A stretch of DNA of 64,000 bases, counting the filler, from Sphacelaria rigidula (Eukaryota), in NCBI GenBank assembly GCA_964200075.2. It is 10 parts of 10 records of this genome, joined end to end, with 100 filler letters (N's around TTAATTAATTAA, not from the genome) between each part and the next. Parts side by side here need not be neighbours in the genome. Positions count along the whole stretch, not along the records: positions 38,479 to 44,790 come from CAXNAA020020844.1; positions 44,891 to 51,202 come from CAXNAA020020845.1; positions 51,303 to 57,614 come from CAXNAA020020846.1; 7 more parts are not named here. The stretch is one strand, 5' to 3'. The notes beneath the pieces were generated by a model. That model was not told the DNA's origin and searched no databases. It saw only the letters and a list, made by a program, of their open reading frames with translations. Both the position numbers and the translations under genes were made by a program. Every line of letters begins with the position of its first letter. Positions within the stretch are counted from its first letter, which is position 1. Positions 39,349 to 51,872 of the stretch are shown piece by piece.

Positions 39349-41272
39349 GGCCGTGTCTTATCGTTTTTTTCCCGACTCGAACGAGTTCGTGCGGCGGAAC
39401 TGATTCACTTCGCTTTGCTACGTTTGGGTCCGAGCGAATTTGCAGCTTTGAATCAAAAAGGCGAAGCGAAATTCGGAGCGGTACTTCTTCACTTCTATTC
39501 AATAGACAGTACAGAGCAGACAGTACAGACGTACAGACTGTACAACTGTGGCGGCCTGTACTGTACTGTTGTCCAGAGGGTGTGTGTTTCGCACAGCATG
39601 CGGGCACGATGTTGAAAAGAAGCGGGCAAGCGACACACAGCAGATTTGAACCATGTGCAGTTTTGCACTGCCTCGACTGTCCACGGGCGCGTTGGCAATT
39701 CGATCGCCCACCCCAACACGCAACTCCGTCGGTAGACCCTGCCACCAAATTACAAAATTAGATACCTGAGGTAGTTGTCACCAACAAGAAGAAACACATC
39801 ATGCCAAAACAATAGTGGTGATGTCGGTTTCCCATCACTGCAGTGTGTGTATCCCTGCGCTCAGTTAGATCAGTTCGTGATCTGTGCCGCAAGGTTGAGT
39901 AGGTATTCAATAGCTGCGAATTAACCATTTGGGTTTTGCGTACCTCTGTGAAAGGGTACTATCTGGCACGATTGTCTGCAACATGGGAGTTACGTGCCGC
40001 TTCGTTCATTCCGCCGCTCGTTTCGCTCGAAAAAGCTAAGCTTTTCTGTTTTTGACCCTGCCCGTCGCGCCCAATTAATTATAAAATGGACTCGAAGCCA
40101 TCTAGGAACATAAATGCCGTGGACGTTTAAGATTCGGCCTCGTACAGTGTTGAACATCGAACGAAAAACAAGTTCGATACGATATTTCAACGTATCGATC
40201 TCATGACGTCGATATCGATACTTATTTCGATACGCGGAAAATGGGCCGATACGTATTGATACTCGATACAATACGATACGGTTGTTTTGGTGGGGTCACA
40301 GCTTGCAAGACTCCACGGTACTACACTTGATACTAGCAACTTAACCCGGAATGCATGCCCGGTTGTTTGAAGGTACAGCAGCACCAGTGTGTGATTTGTG
40401 ATTTGTTATCTGACATCATAGAAGTGGCGGCACAACACGCGGCGTAATGCTTCGGTTTGACAAAAATGGTTCATCGTGCAAGGGGCAAGTCGCAAAAGAG
40501 GTAGTTGATCACAACTCACGATGAGTAATAGACGATGAATAGTGTGTTGTTCAAGTCGGTGATATATCAAAGTATCTTCCGCGGTCGCTATTCTGCCATG
40601 TTTCTATCAAATTGGAGCATTTACCTTGGCTCTGCTCACTGCTCACTGCGAACGCACTCCTTCCTTATTCCATAACCGCGCCAAACGTCGAAACTGGGCG
40701 AAAAATGATGGATGCAAATGCGCGCTCGATTTTTCTTTTCTCCATACCAAACAAGGGATAAATCGGCAGCAGGACCATTTTTTTTCATTGTCAGCTACAC
40801 AACGAAGTATACTCTTCAGACATCTAAACGCCGAAGCAACAGAATTCCAAAGCTTGTAGAAAAAATTGGATACAGTATGATGAGAGCTGATTTCATCTCG
40901 ACCGAACGTCTCCATTTCCCGTACTTGAACACGTAGGCTTGCAGGGATGGGTTGTGTGGGAAGTCTGAAGGATCCGCTACCTTCGCGGGTAACTCTGCTT
41001 GCCCGCTCTTTCCACTCTTGGTAGAGGGCACTGGGGCGGCCACTGATGCAGCAGCCGCCACTGTAGCAGACACAAATACAGACGGTTCGGCAGAAACGTC
41101 GACCGCAGACTCTGCGCTACCGCCCTTTACAAAGCCGAAAGTCCGAAGGTGGCTCATGTTGCAGATCGGTGTGGTTCGCAGCAAGTGGCTGTGTGGCTGT
41201 GTGGCGGGCAGTGGGGTGATGAGCGGTGGGACGATGTGCTGTCTACCCCCCCCACCCCCCCCCCCCCCCAAA

Positions 41273-41341
<69 letters not shown>

Positions 41342-41858
41342 GTTAGNNNGGTTGCGGGAAAGGGGGTGTGGGGGTGGGGGGGGGGCGGGGGGGGGGGGGG
41401 GGGGGGAACAGGTGGTTTCCCCCCCCCCCCCCCCCCCCCCGTAAAAAATAAATAAATATATCGACCATACCAATATATCCGATATTGAGATTGATATTGA
41501 AATTGATACATATCGACAAATATCGGATTGAGAAGCGGCGATACCGATACGCCGTGTCGACCGATATTATCGCAGTCGTATCGAGTATCGATATCCGATT
41601 TTCAACACTGGCCTCGTAACGATCAGTTCGATTCGAACGCATGTTTTCGAGTCGGAAAAAATTTGATAAAATGCCGTGTCTCATCAAACTGTTGACTCGA
41701 ATACGTACGGTGGAATCAAACTTGCTCGTACCTGATACGTTCACGTGATTCATGTTCCCAACCATCTGAGAAAATTAGTAGCGTTGACGATTCAGAAACG
41801 AGCGAATTCGATTCGACCGCACGTTTTCCACACCAAAACAATTTGATAACACACGGCC
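39349..41858. mobile_element. Non-autonomous PIF/Harbinger-type element hosting a hAT insertion
   Basis: TIR GGCCGTGTCTTATC / GATAACACACGGCC (1 mismatch); TAA TSD at 39346-39348 and 41859-41861. Confidence 0.75.
40145..41610 (-). mobile_element. hAT-type (Ds-like) internally deleted DNA transposon
   Basis: TIR CAGTGTTGAA / TTCAACACTG; perfect 8-bp TSD GCCTCGTA (40137-40144, 41611-41618); dense subterminal CGATA/ATCG repeats; frameshifted minus-strand ORF remnant at about 40625-41160. Confidence 0.9.
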
Positions 41859-42853
41859 TAAGTGAAATTTCATGATACCGTAAAGCTCAAGCGTAAGTGA
41901 AACACAGATAATGGAATGATTTGTCGTGGAGCCACCTCTCACCGCTGAATGTTCCGTTTTAGGCGACCCTTGGCCACCTTGTTCGTTCGTACCTTCGGCA
42001 TGGGTCGCGCAGGATCAAGGATGGTCGATCTCAAGGATGGGCCTATTCTCACATGCTTCTATGGGTTGTCAGTGACGGGGTCTATACTTGAAAGTACTGT
42101 ACCGCAACGCCCCCCCTACTCCCACACATCATCTTGCCCTCTATGGATTGTAAGTAAAGAGTTTTGAAAAACGTTCTTGTTTTTGGGACATTTCAGAGCG
42201 CATATATTTCAGGGTCAGAGTGTACGAAAAATTACTTGCCCCCCAGTCAAATGTGGTATATATATATATTTTTTTTTCGATGAGGTGTTTTTCTTCGTTA
42301 TGCACTCTGATTATGTGATATTTGCACTCTGAAATGACGAAAAAGGGTCTTCTGGAACTCTTTCATGTCAGTTGAGAGATGAGACAGACAAACAGCCACG
42401 CACGGAAAATGACGAGATTGTGAACCGCATGGCACGGCGGCTGTACATCACCACAGCTATTCGGCAGTAACTTCAAAGAGCAACCTGCATCGACGGCACG
42501 ATTAATATTCTTGTCGCTACAACAGTTCGCAGTGTACCACACCAACCGGGTGGTATAGTCTGTTGGGTTGCCTGTACTGAAACGGTGTTTTCTAAAATTC
42601 ATCGCAAGCAAAACAGCACATCACAGCACATCACATCACAAGCTGACGTTCAAGCTGAAACGGCACTTTCAAGACCACAAGAAAACTATTACAGTACAGT
42701 ATATCGATGAGATACAGGTGCACCGACCAACAACTCTCCGCACACGGATGTCATCTCGACAAGGAGACTACAGTACGTACTACAGTCAGTACGGAAAACG
42801 TAATAGTAGTGTCGTGGTGCAAATGAACACCAATCCATACACACACGCCGTAC

Positions 42854-44080
42854 CTTCGACAATGGCCGGCCAATGATGCCCAGATCCTTGACAACCGCAA
42901 CTCGCTTTCGCTTTGACAGCGACAGCCTCGTGCAGTTTTCCCTCGACAGCACATGGTCTATCATTTCCCCCGTCGGGTCAATCTCATTAACCACGGCCCG
43001 CGCGAATTCGGCGCGCGCAGCCGTGAACACGACCACCTCGAACTCCTTGGAGACAGCTTGCAGAAACTCGTGCAAATGCGGCCGCTTGCTAACATACACC
43101 TTACGCCAACCTCCTCCTCCCACCGTGCCTCCCGCGCCGTTGCAGCCCCAACTTTCTCCCCTGCCTGCTACTGAACCTCCGGCCCCTGAACTACTTCCCT
43201 TGCCGCACTGCGTGCTGCAGCTGCCCCCTCCGCTGCTGCCGTCGTCGCCTCCGCGTGTCCATATTCTCGGGTTGTGATGCCTGGTACATTTTCGGGAGCT
43301 AGCTGCTGTTGCTGTTGATGCTGATGCTGATACTAAGGTCTCTGCCTGTTGCAGTGGCTGGTGCGGGTGTTGGGCGTGGTTGCAGTGATGGTGGTGATGG
43401 TGGTGGTGGTGGGATGAAGGCGTACAGCCGACATCTACGCCAAGCACGGACGGTTTCGGTCTGGGCGGAAGCACGACCAAGAAATCAAACCGACCGGTGT
43501 CACCACGTTCGCCTGAGAGGTCTTTTCGTGCACGGATCAACGTTTCGTCGAGATCCAACACCAACGTCTTTTCGGTGTTGCGCGAGCGCGTGGAAGCGGG
43601 GAGCAAGACCTTTGTCCGTCTCAACGAGGAGCCTACACCCCGTAAGCGGCGCGGCCATGACGTTGTTGTAGTTGCTGCTGCTGCTACTGGTGCGCTGGCG
43701 TCATCTTCGTCATCATGGGGAGTGTTGAAGTGCCTGTATCCGAAACAGTCCGCCTTGCTGCGCAGAAAGTCCGTGAGCGAAAACTCCAACCTGTTGCGTT
43801 GCCCTTGTTGATGCACCGACACGCCCGCACGGTGCGGTTGTCCCTCCCGTCTTTGATTCTGCTGCTGTTGATGCTGCTGTTGCTGCCGCTGCTCGTTGGT
43901 GCTGTTGCTGTGTTTTGCGCCACCATATATACTGACATGCAATTTCTCGCCAATCGCGACCCAGGTTTTCGCCAATGCGTCCAGATAAGCCCAAGCGACC
44001 GCCAGAGGAAAGATGATCGCACTCGTGGCTGATTGTGAAGAGGAACTACCATTTTCCGTTGCGTAAGAAGTGTGCGGCAT
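42854..44080 (-). CDS. SCP/FCP1 (NIF-domain, HAD) CTD-phosphatase-like protein, large exon; 3' exons not identified
   Basis: KTLVLDLDETL (DxDxT), VYVSKRPHLHEFL, FEVVVFTAA...A..VVNEIDP, VLSRENC, VKDLGIIGRPLSK followed by a GT donor. Confidence 0.92.
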
Positions 44081-44729
44081 CTCGGACTTGCGTTAAGCGC
44101 GTGCTCTCTGCTCCCCCTGCAATCCCTCGCTGCAATAGTTGTGCTTCCCTGCCCTGCCCCCCAGCCTAAGTCTAGTCCCAAGCGCTGCGTGCGGACACCC
44201 CTCCTGCGCGAACTGCCATCGAAGTTACTGTTTCGGATGAACAAACACCCAGAAGTCGAACATATACACACAATCACCTCCGTCAAAACAGAAACCGGCC
44301 AGGGGTAAGTTTTTAGCCTGCTGGCATATCTATTTTTCTGGGGGTCTAGTTCTAATCTGTGCCGCTAAACCGACACAATGAACGGACAGCTGGCGCTACT
44401 TCGCACGTTCCAGTTCAAGGTCAGCTACAGCACTATTACAAGAACGGGGGCCCAGCGTTTCGCCGGAATGTTTTATTTTTATTTTTATTGCGAAATAGAC
44501 GCCTCCGCGAGAAACGGTGGATGATGGCCCACATCCTACTTTCACCCCAAGTTTCCGCACACCTTGTGCATGCAGCTGCGGACCTGAAAGCATCGCCCAA
44601 GTGGAAGGAGTGGGCTTGAATACGATCGCGGTGTATTGATGTATTGAAAAAATGATCCTCTCGCAAGTTGCACTGATAATGGTGCTGTCTACTTGAAGCA
44701 TTTGCAGAATCCGTGCAGCCTAGGGCACG

Positions 44730-44765
<36 letters not shown>

Positions 44766-45472
44766 ACCCCCCCCCCCCCACCCCCACACCNNNNNNNNNN
44801 NNNNNNNNNNNNNNNNNNNNNNNNNNNNNNNNNNTTAATTAATTAANNNNNNNNNNNNNNNNNNNNNNNNNNNNNNNNNNNNNNNNNNNNTTGGATGAGA
44901 TAAGGGGCTCCTAACAATTTTAATCTCATAAATTATTTCTTTACCCCTACCGTAGCATCACTCGATACAAAGTTCAGAAAACACGCTGTAGGAACAATGC
45001 GTGCAACGACCTCTAGGTTTGCGATATTCTTTCCGTCTTTGCCTACTTTGCCCTTCTTTTCTCCCTTTTTAGAAAGGTGTTTTTTTCTCTTGGGGGGGGG
45101 GGGGAGTGCGACATTGTTTTTTTCTTGGTTCGTGGTTTTGGGCTTGCTGCACTCTCCCTTTTAGGTACGGAGTGGAGTGGNNNNNNNNNNACGTACTCAT
45201 TTGTTGCTTGCCTTAGTCGTTTGACCATTGACCACGCATCCCTTTCGAGACGGAGAGAGAGTCGGGAAGTATATTTGGCAGCTGTAAGTTATCGTTGGTT
45301 GCTACATCGTCACATGATGAAACATTTCGCGGTTTGATGTTACCGCACAATGGTTCTTGTTTTCCTAATTCTTTTGTAGCTCACGGAAATCTGATGCACA
45401 TGCAAATACATGCGCATGTGAGCGGAGATTTGTAACAGTGATTAGTTTCTTTTCTCAATTGGTGTTGTTTAA

Positions 45473-45570
45473 CCCTTAGACCGCGAGATTAGTCTTTCTG
45501 GATCATGCATACTCTTCTTCACTTGAAATCGATGCCGATTCAACAGAAGACTAACCTCGCGGTCTAAGGG
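45473..45570. mobile_element. 98-bp piggyBac-type MITE (copy 2)
   Basis: TTAA-CCCTTAGACCGCGAGATTAGTC...GACTAACCTCGCGGTCTAAGGG-TTGA. Confidence 0.8.
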
Positions 45571-46227
45571 TTGAGTCGTTTTTCGATACAGTATAGACAC
45601 ATAAGTTGTACAACAGTACGAGTGTGTATCTCGACGATTGACTTTGTGTACTGCCAGTACTACATAGTTCGACTGATTATTTTCGCTTGCTACACATAGC
45701 ATGTAAGGTAAACTATCTTATTTTGATAGCGACATGTCAATCACGGGGGAGTGTTACAAATTTAGACAGGGCAGTCTAAGTTCGTTGTGTGTGATTGAAA
45801 TCGCCGCTAAAAGATACAGTACTATATAAGCGGCGCGACTTGAATGCTATTTGTTACGGTTCAGGTGAAACTTTGAACCACGTATGTGTCGTTTCATTGT
45901 ACCTTTTTCATGGTAATATAGGGTAAGTTTTTAAGATCTTTTGGTTTACGTACAGCATTGGTTTTTGACCAGAGAGTGGAAAGTATTGAGGCTCGCTCTC
46001 GCTCGCCCATCGCTTCTCACTCTCCCCAGCAACCCAGTTTTGCTTCCACAGCTCTCTCTTGCAAAAGAGGCTGTTTGATATTTTAGGCCAGAAGTGCCGA
46101 ACTACACTATCTTGTTTTTACTTCACTGGTCCTTGCAAGTAGCTTGACAGCTACAGTGCAAGCCTCTGCTTAACTGTCCAGTGAGACAGTGCCGTGCCAG
46201 CGAATCATTTCCGATATGATACACACA

Positions 46228-49200
46228 CTCCCCCTTTCCTCCTGTTTGTTCGCACGGGTCTGCCTTACTTTGTTGCATCCCTGCATCCTCCATCAATGTT
46301 TTGTTCAGGAGGAGGGACCATTGCCTCCCTGCTTGCTTAACCCCGTATATGGATTTCTCCAGTCTGACCGTGCTACCTGTCAAGGGGCCACACCCTTCTG
46401 GGAGCTTCATGAACACATTCGTGTCCATTTTGGCTCGTACGAAAGCCTGGGTGGTGTCGAAATGATACAGTGGCAATCCTCTCTGTACTGCCACGGCCAT
46501 GACCAATTTTATTGATGTCATGGCTAGGGTGGCTGCAAACGTCTCAAAATAGTCCACCGCGAATCTCAGGCCAAACCCACGTGCCACTAGTCTCGCCTTC
46601 GCTTTAGTGATAGCACCGTTAGCGTCGGTTTTCCAACTGAACACCCATTTTGCAGTAATAATATAGACCCCTTTAGGGATTTCTCCTCCTGAGAAGGTAC
46701 CTGCGGTTTCATGTCCATTTAGTTCTGCACGTATGGCACATAACCATATTTCTTTACATTCTGACTTTTCCACTTCATCTACTGTAACTGGGGGGGGTTC
46801 CACCTCTCTCACGTGTAGACCGATGGGGGAACGCAAACCAAAGCTGGACTCTGCCTCTGTTCCGTTTTCGGCGGAAAAACAAAAATACTCCTGCTCCGCA
46901 AAAGTCTCCTCGATTAGCATGGCCGCGCTGCCTACCACCTCTGGTCCGGCTGCTGCAGTGATCAGGTCCGTCATCCCGCACCCATTCTCCGCCATTCCAT
47001 ATAGTACAGTTTCCGCTTGATCCCTCGCTTGAGCCCTCGCCGTCACTCGGGAAACATATTCCTCTCTTTCCCGCGCCAGCATTTTATCCAGTTCCAACTC
47101 CTCCGCCGATGCTAGCTCGTTCTGGTCGGCTGCCGCTCTCGTCGTACTGCGCGTGCGGCCTGCCATTTGCGGAGGCAGAGACAACTCATCGTCGAGAGCA
47201 AGACGGCGTAGCTCCGTCCTTGGGAGTCCGGGAGTTCCACCGCCCCCCCCCGTCGTTGCGCTCGGGGGTGTCGACGGTTGGCGTTGTCGGCGGCGATGTC
47301 AGCGCTGCGGCTGTCGGCGTTGTCGGCGGCGTTGTCAGCGCTGCGGCTGTCGGCGTTGTCGGCAGCGATGGCGGCGGTGGTGTCGGCGCGGCCGACGGCG
47401 GCGGTATGGGCGGCGCCGAGCCCCGGTCGACGAGATGTTGAACTGGGTTTCGTATAATCCCGCGCCCCCCCCCCCCGCCAATAGCGGGGGTCTGTTGTGT
47501 GGCGTCGTCTGCGTCCAGTTCGGAGTTGGGGAGCGAGAACGACACGCGACGTGAACTGCGGGATAGAGTACGCGCCACCGGGGTTTGCTCCGTGGACTCG
47601 CTGCCGGCCGGCCCTCCTTCGATCTGGTCATCCCTCGCTCCATCGGGCGTCGTGATCGCTTGTGCTCGTGTGTGAGTTGATCTTGGGATGGGCCGTCGCA
47701 GTCCTCTTTCTTCCGAGCATCCTTGGCACGGTCTCAACTTGCCGTGCAGCTTCACTCCGAGCTGCTTTGCTGTCTGCCGGAGCAGGTCCTCGTGGACATG
47801 CGTGTGTTTGCAGTGGAAGTCGTTGATATCATCAACTTGGGGGTTAGGTAGTTCCCCCGGGGCAATCACAGCGCATGCGTCAGCATGCGCTGTGATGACC
47901 ATTTGGATAGATGCGTTGGGCGTACATTTTCAATTATCTGTGCTGGCCAGGGATTTTCAGGGCACTGCCTTACTTCAACTCAACCCGGAAGCCGTTGCTA
48001 GACCCAATGTAGGTGTGCCCTGCGTTAGATATCTTGATCAGTGACAACAGATGGTGACGGACGCAAGGTGCGTGGTCTACATTTTTCAAGTGTAAGACTA
48101 CATCACGTCCGTCTGATCGTAAAGAAAGAAACAAATTACCTCTTCCCACGATCGGGTAGGTACCACCGCCCGCACACCTTAGTACCCTACCACTGCATTT
48201 TCTACAATCCGTCATCTTACTCGAATCAGGAGAAAAGTGCGAAGTGGCCCCCGTGTCAAGTATCCACGGTTCGCCCCCATCTGACTGCTCTACACCCCCC
48301 TTTCCAGTAACAAACTCATTCTCGCCTGTGTTGTCCTCGTCCACCGTCATGTCGATGCTGGTGAAAGCCTCTGCGTCAGCATCCGAGCATATGGAGTCGT
48401 CGTCCACGAAATCTTCCACCACGCCCATCACAATCGCCGCGTCCTCTACAGTGCTTTGACAGTCAATCAGTTGATGTCCTCTCTTCCCGTACCTACCGCA
48501 ATACCTGTTTGGACAGGCTTTCGCTCGATGTGTAGTCATCCGCTGACAAACGTGGCATCTCCACGTCGTCGCAGCCCCCTGCGAGCTGTTTTTGCCCTGA
48601 TCCCCGTCATCTCCGCGACCTGGGTTCTGGGTCTTCCCCGGTTTGCCTTTCCGGTGTGAGCCGTTACGTTTGCCGGGTTGGCCCTTGACGGCAAGAGCCT
48701 GGTCGCCCGAGGAAACCGTCTTCCCCTTGGCGAGTTCCTGCTTGAAAAGTGCCGATTCGAAACGTTTCCAAACCGACGTCACCACAACTTCCCTGGTGAG
48801 TGGCCTCTCGCGCTCCTCCAGCGCCTGCCTCTGGTAGTTGTACTCACAGGGAAGCGCATTGACAAATTTGAGGGGAGGGTATGCGCCTCCGTCAGGTTGA
48901 TGTTGGTGTCGTGTGATCGCGACTCTCTCGCCACTTCTTCCATCTCTATCAATTTCTGGACTGGATCATCACGGGCACCGATCTTGATATGGTCATACTT
49001 ATTCAAAAGTGCTAACCTAACCCTGTTGGTCCATGGACTGTAAAATTTGTTCAGCTCACGCTACACAGCTGCAGGAGACGGAATTCGAAACAGAATATCT
49101 CGGTCCTGCTCGTGTTCGAGACTTGCCACCAACATCTGCCTCGCTCTGACGTTTGCGGCTACAGTGCCCTTTCCTTGTCTTGCCTCAAAATAACGCAAGG

Positions 49201-49790
49201 ACACCTCCTTGTTCCCCACCTCCACATCGCACGCACTGTCTTCTGATATTGTGAACACCCAGTCAATTGCTTCACTCCTAGCAAACATTATGAGCTCGTG
49301 GCCGTAGTGGTTGAACTCTGAGCTTTTCCCAGAGAACTTGGGAACGGTGGCCTTGAAACCTGGCACCCTGGAAACATTCTGGACACTTGGTCTATCATGA
49401 CCGAACACTGCGACGGGCTCACTTGCGGGGTCTGCACCCCTTTCTCCGTCGCTTGCTGTCCTGTGGTCGCTCCCGCTCGGAGTTCCCTGCTCGCCCTCGC
49501 GGCTACGTCTTCGGTCTTGAGGTGTGTTGTGGTTGGCTGAGCTGTCAGCCTGGTGTTGTTGTATTGCTTGGCCTTCTTCGCTTTCGACCACGCCACTCCA
49601 CCGCGCGCCTCCGGACTCTTGGTCTTCTATCCCGTCTACTCCACCCTGTAGTACAGTTTGTTTAGGCTCTACGTCTCTTACAAGGTCGGTCAGTGTGCTG
49701 AACTGGCCACTGAACAGACTCATCATGTTCTCAATTTGATTCGTTAGCCCGTCTATCCTTTCTTCTGAAGACGAAACGTTACCATCGTTT
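46228..49790 (-). mobile_element. Ty1/Copia LTR retrotransposon internal region, decayed; integrase core and RNase H deleted
   Basis: Gag-like ORFs, zinc knuckles (CHVCQRMTTHRAKAC), protease WILDTGATSH, GAG-pre-integrase (FHCKHTH...PCQGC), RT (AKWVFSWKTD...KARLVARGF...DYFETFA...FDTTQAF...KSIYGVKQAGRQW...ADPC) joined directly to a PPT (GGAGGAAAGGGGGAG-TG). Confidence 0.93.
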
Positions 49791-50854
49791 CTAACTATAC
49801 TCGCCCAATCGATTGATCACTGTGTGTTCCTTGGCTCAGGCATAGGGATATGGTTTTATATCTTTTATTAGAGAGCACCCAAGTTCTTCTGTGTCTTGGG
49901 AGAGTGCTGATGAAGAGGGAAGCTGGTGAGAGTGGGAACGTGAGAGTTCGGCTGGTGCGCCCGTCATCCGTACTGTACCACATTTGCACACATGTGACTG
50001 TCGGTAGTCGTACGTCACCCCGACCCCCTGTTCTAGTAGATCCAGTATTTTTGAGTATCTGAATCACTCGAATACATGTATTATGTACTATATTATGTGT
50101 ACAGCAGTAACAAGGCAGGGGTGCTGCATGCATGGTGTGTGCTACGAGAATGTCGTTATGCGTGTGTATGTATGAGATGTATGTGCCTGTGGTGTAGAAG
50201 AGAATGTAACCTCAACTACTGTTGTGTCATGCGTGCGTGTGTGTACAGCAGCAGAATCATTGTGGTTGGTTCACACACGCGCAGTCCATCAAGCACACGG
50301 AACCACACCCAAAAATATTGGTGTCCCCATTTTGTCCCCATTTGGCCGCGAGGTGGTAAGAGGGTTAACTGCTCATTTCCCAAGTGGTGGTCGCATCTGT
50401 ATACAAACCAACTTTGTGCAACCTGATTCCTCCACTTCTTGAGCGACGGGGCGGGCGGATGGGAAAGTCGATCAAACTTAGTAACTCTTCTCGCTTACTC
50501 TTGAAACACCACTCATGACTCTACTATCCAAGACAGCTACAGCCTAAGGTAGTAGTGTACTCTTTACTGGCCAATGTACGGATCGCAGTAGTAGTAGGTG
50601 ATTCTTCTCTTGCCTGCTTCCACATGCAATGCACGCAATGGCAAAGACACGTCTTCGGCGACGCTACCACTGCGCCCCCTCCTTTTTTGTACGAATTCCG
50701 ATACGCCTCCACAAACAATCCCTTCCTTCAGAACGCTACATATTTTTTCCACGGCCACCCTCACGTGCTTTGCCAAGAGGGTACATGGAACTGCTGTACA
50801 TGCATGCATGGGTTATCGCATATTTGACAACCGCGGTGCTATCACGTATTTGAC

Positions 50855-51202
50855 GAGGCTGGTGTCCTACAGTACAGTATGTATGCACATACGATTTCCC
50901 CCACCATGTCCACTTTTTTCACTGCAGTAAAAACCCGGTCGTCGTTGCAAGACACATTACTCAAATCTGCTGTATTACTAACATTCTACAGACCGGTCGC
51001 CCCGGTGAGGCTGGTGTGCTGCAACAGTACAGTATGTATGCACATACGATTTCCCCCACCATGTCCACTTTTTTTACTGCAGTAAAAACCCGGTCGTCGT
51101 TGCAAGACACATTACTCAAATCTGCTGTATTACTAACATTCTACAGACCGGTCGCCCCGGTGAGGCTGGTGTGCTGCAACAGTACAGTATGTATGCACAT
51201 AC
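50855..51202. repeat. About 155-bp tandem repeat (at least 2.3 copies) running into the contig end
   Basis: GAGGCTGGTGT...ACAGTACAGTATGTATGCACATAC starts at 50855, 51007 and 51162. Confidence 0.9.
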
Positions 51203-51430
51203 NNNNNNNNNNNNNNNNNNNNNNNNNNNNNNNNNNNNNNNNNNNNTTAATTAATTAANNNNNNNNNNNNNNNNNNNNNNNNNNNNNNNNNNNNNNNNNN
51301 NNCCAATTCCTGCCTTATACAAACACACATTCGACTAGAATCTTTCCATACCCGCCGGTCGTTTCTGGGGACCATCTGCAAATCTCAAAGAACTAGTTTA
51401 ATTCAGGCACTCAGTCATTTACCATCACAA

Positions 51431-51872
51431 CACGAGATCTTACAACTTGGGGATGGATCTTTTATTGGGGATGAGAAACCCGGAGATTTAGAATCTTCGT
51501 ATCCACACCAAATCTTCGAAATATGGTTTCATTTCATCACCTACTGATGGCTGTTGACAACTGCTACACGCCACAGAAATTTGGATTTCGATCACGGAGA
51601 TATTGGGGTCCTAGGTGAAAAAAAACAACTTCGGAACAGTTCTGGCGTCCGTTTGGACACCAGGAATTCCCCAAAATTGGTTTTTCTCCTAGGACTCCAA
51701 TATTTCGGTGATTGAAATACAAATTCCTACGGCGTATAGCAGTTGTCAACAGCCATCAGTAGGTGAAGAAATGAAACCATATTTCGAAGATTTGGTGCGG
51801 ATACGAAGATTTCAATTCTCCGGGTTTCTCATCCCCAATAAAAGATCCATCCCCAATTTTTAAGATCCCGTG
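51431..51872. mobile_element. Palindromic foldback MITE (about 440 bp)
   Basis: CACGAGATCTTA...GGGGATGGATCTTTTATTGGGGATGAGAAACCCGGAGA pairs with the 3' end over about 190 bp; TSD unclear (AA/TA). Confidence 0.85.

Noticed and set aside
40816..41511. Poly-Lys/Phe/Gly/Pro ORFs
   Set aside because: Produced by homopolymer runs and Ns of low-quality sequence.
45752..46227. Bona fide 3' LTR paired with a 5' LTR near 49850-50080
   Set aside because: TG...CA ends are present but no visible identity between the two regions.
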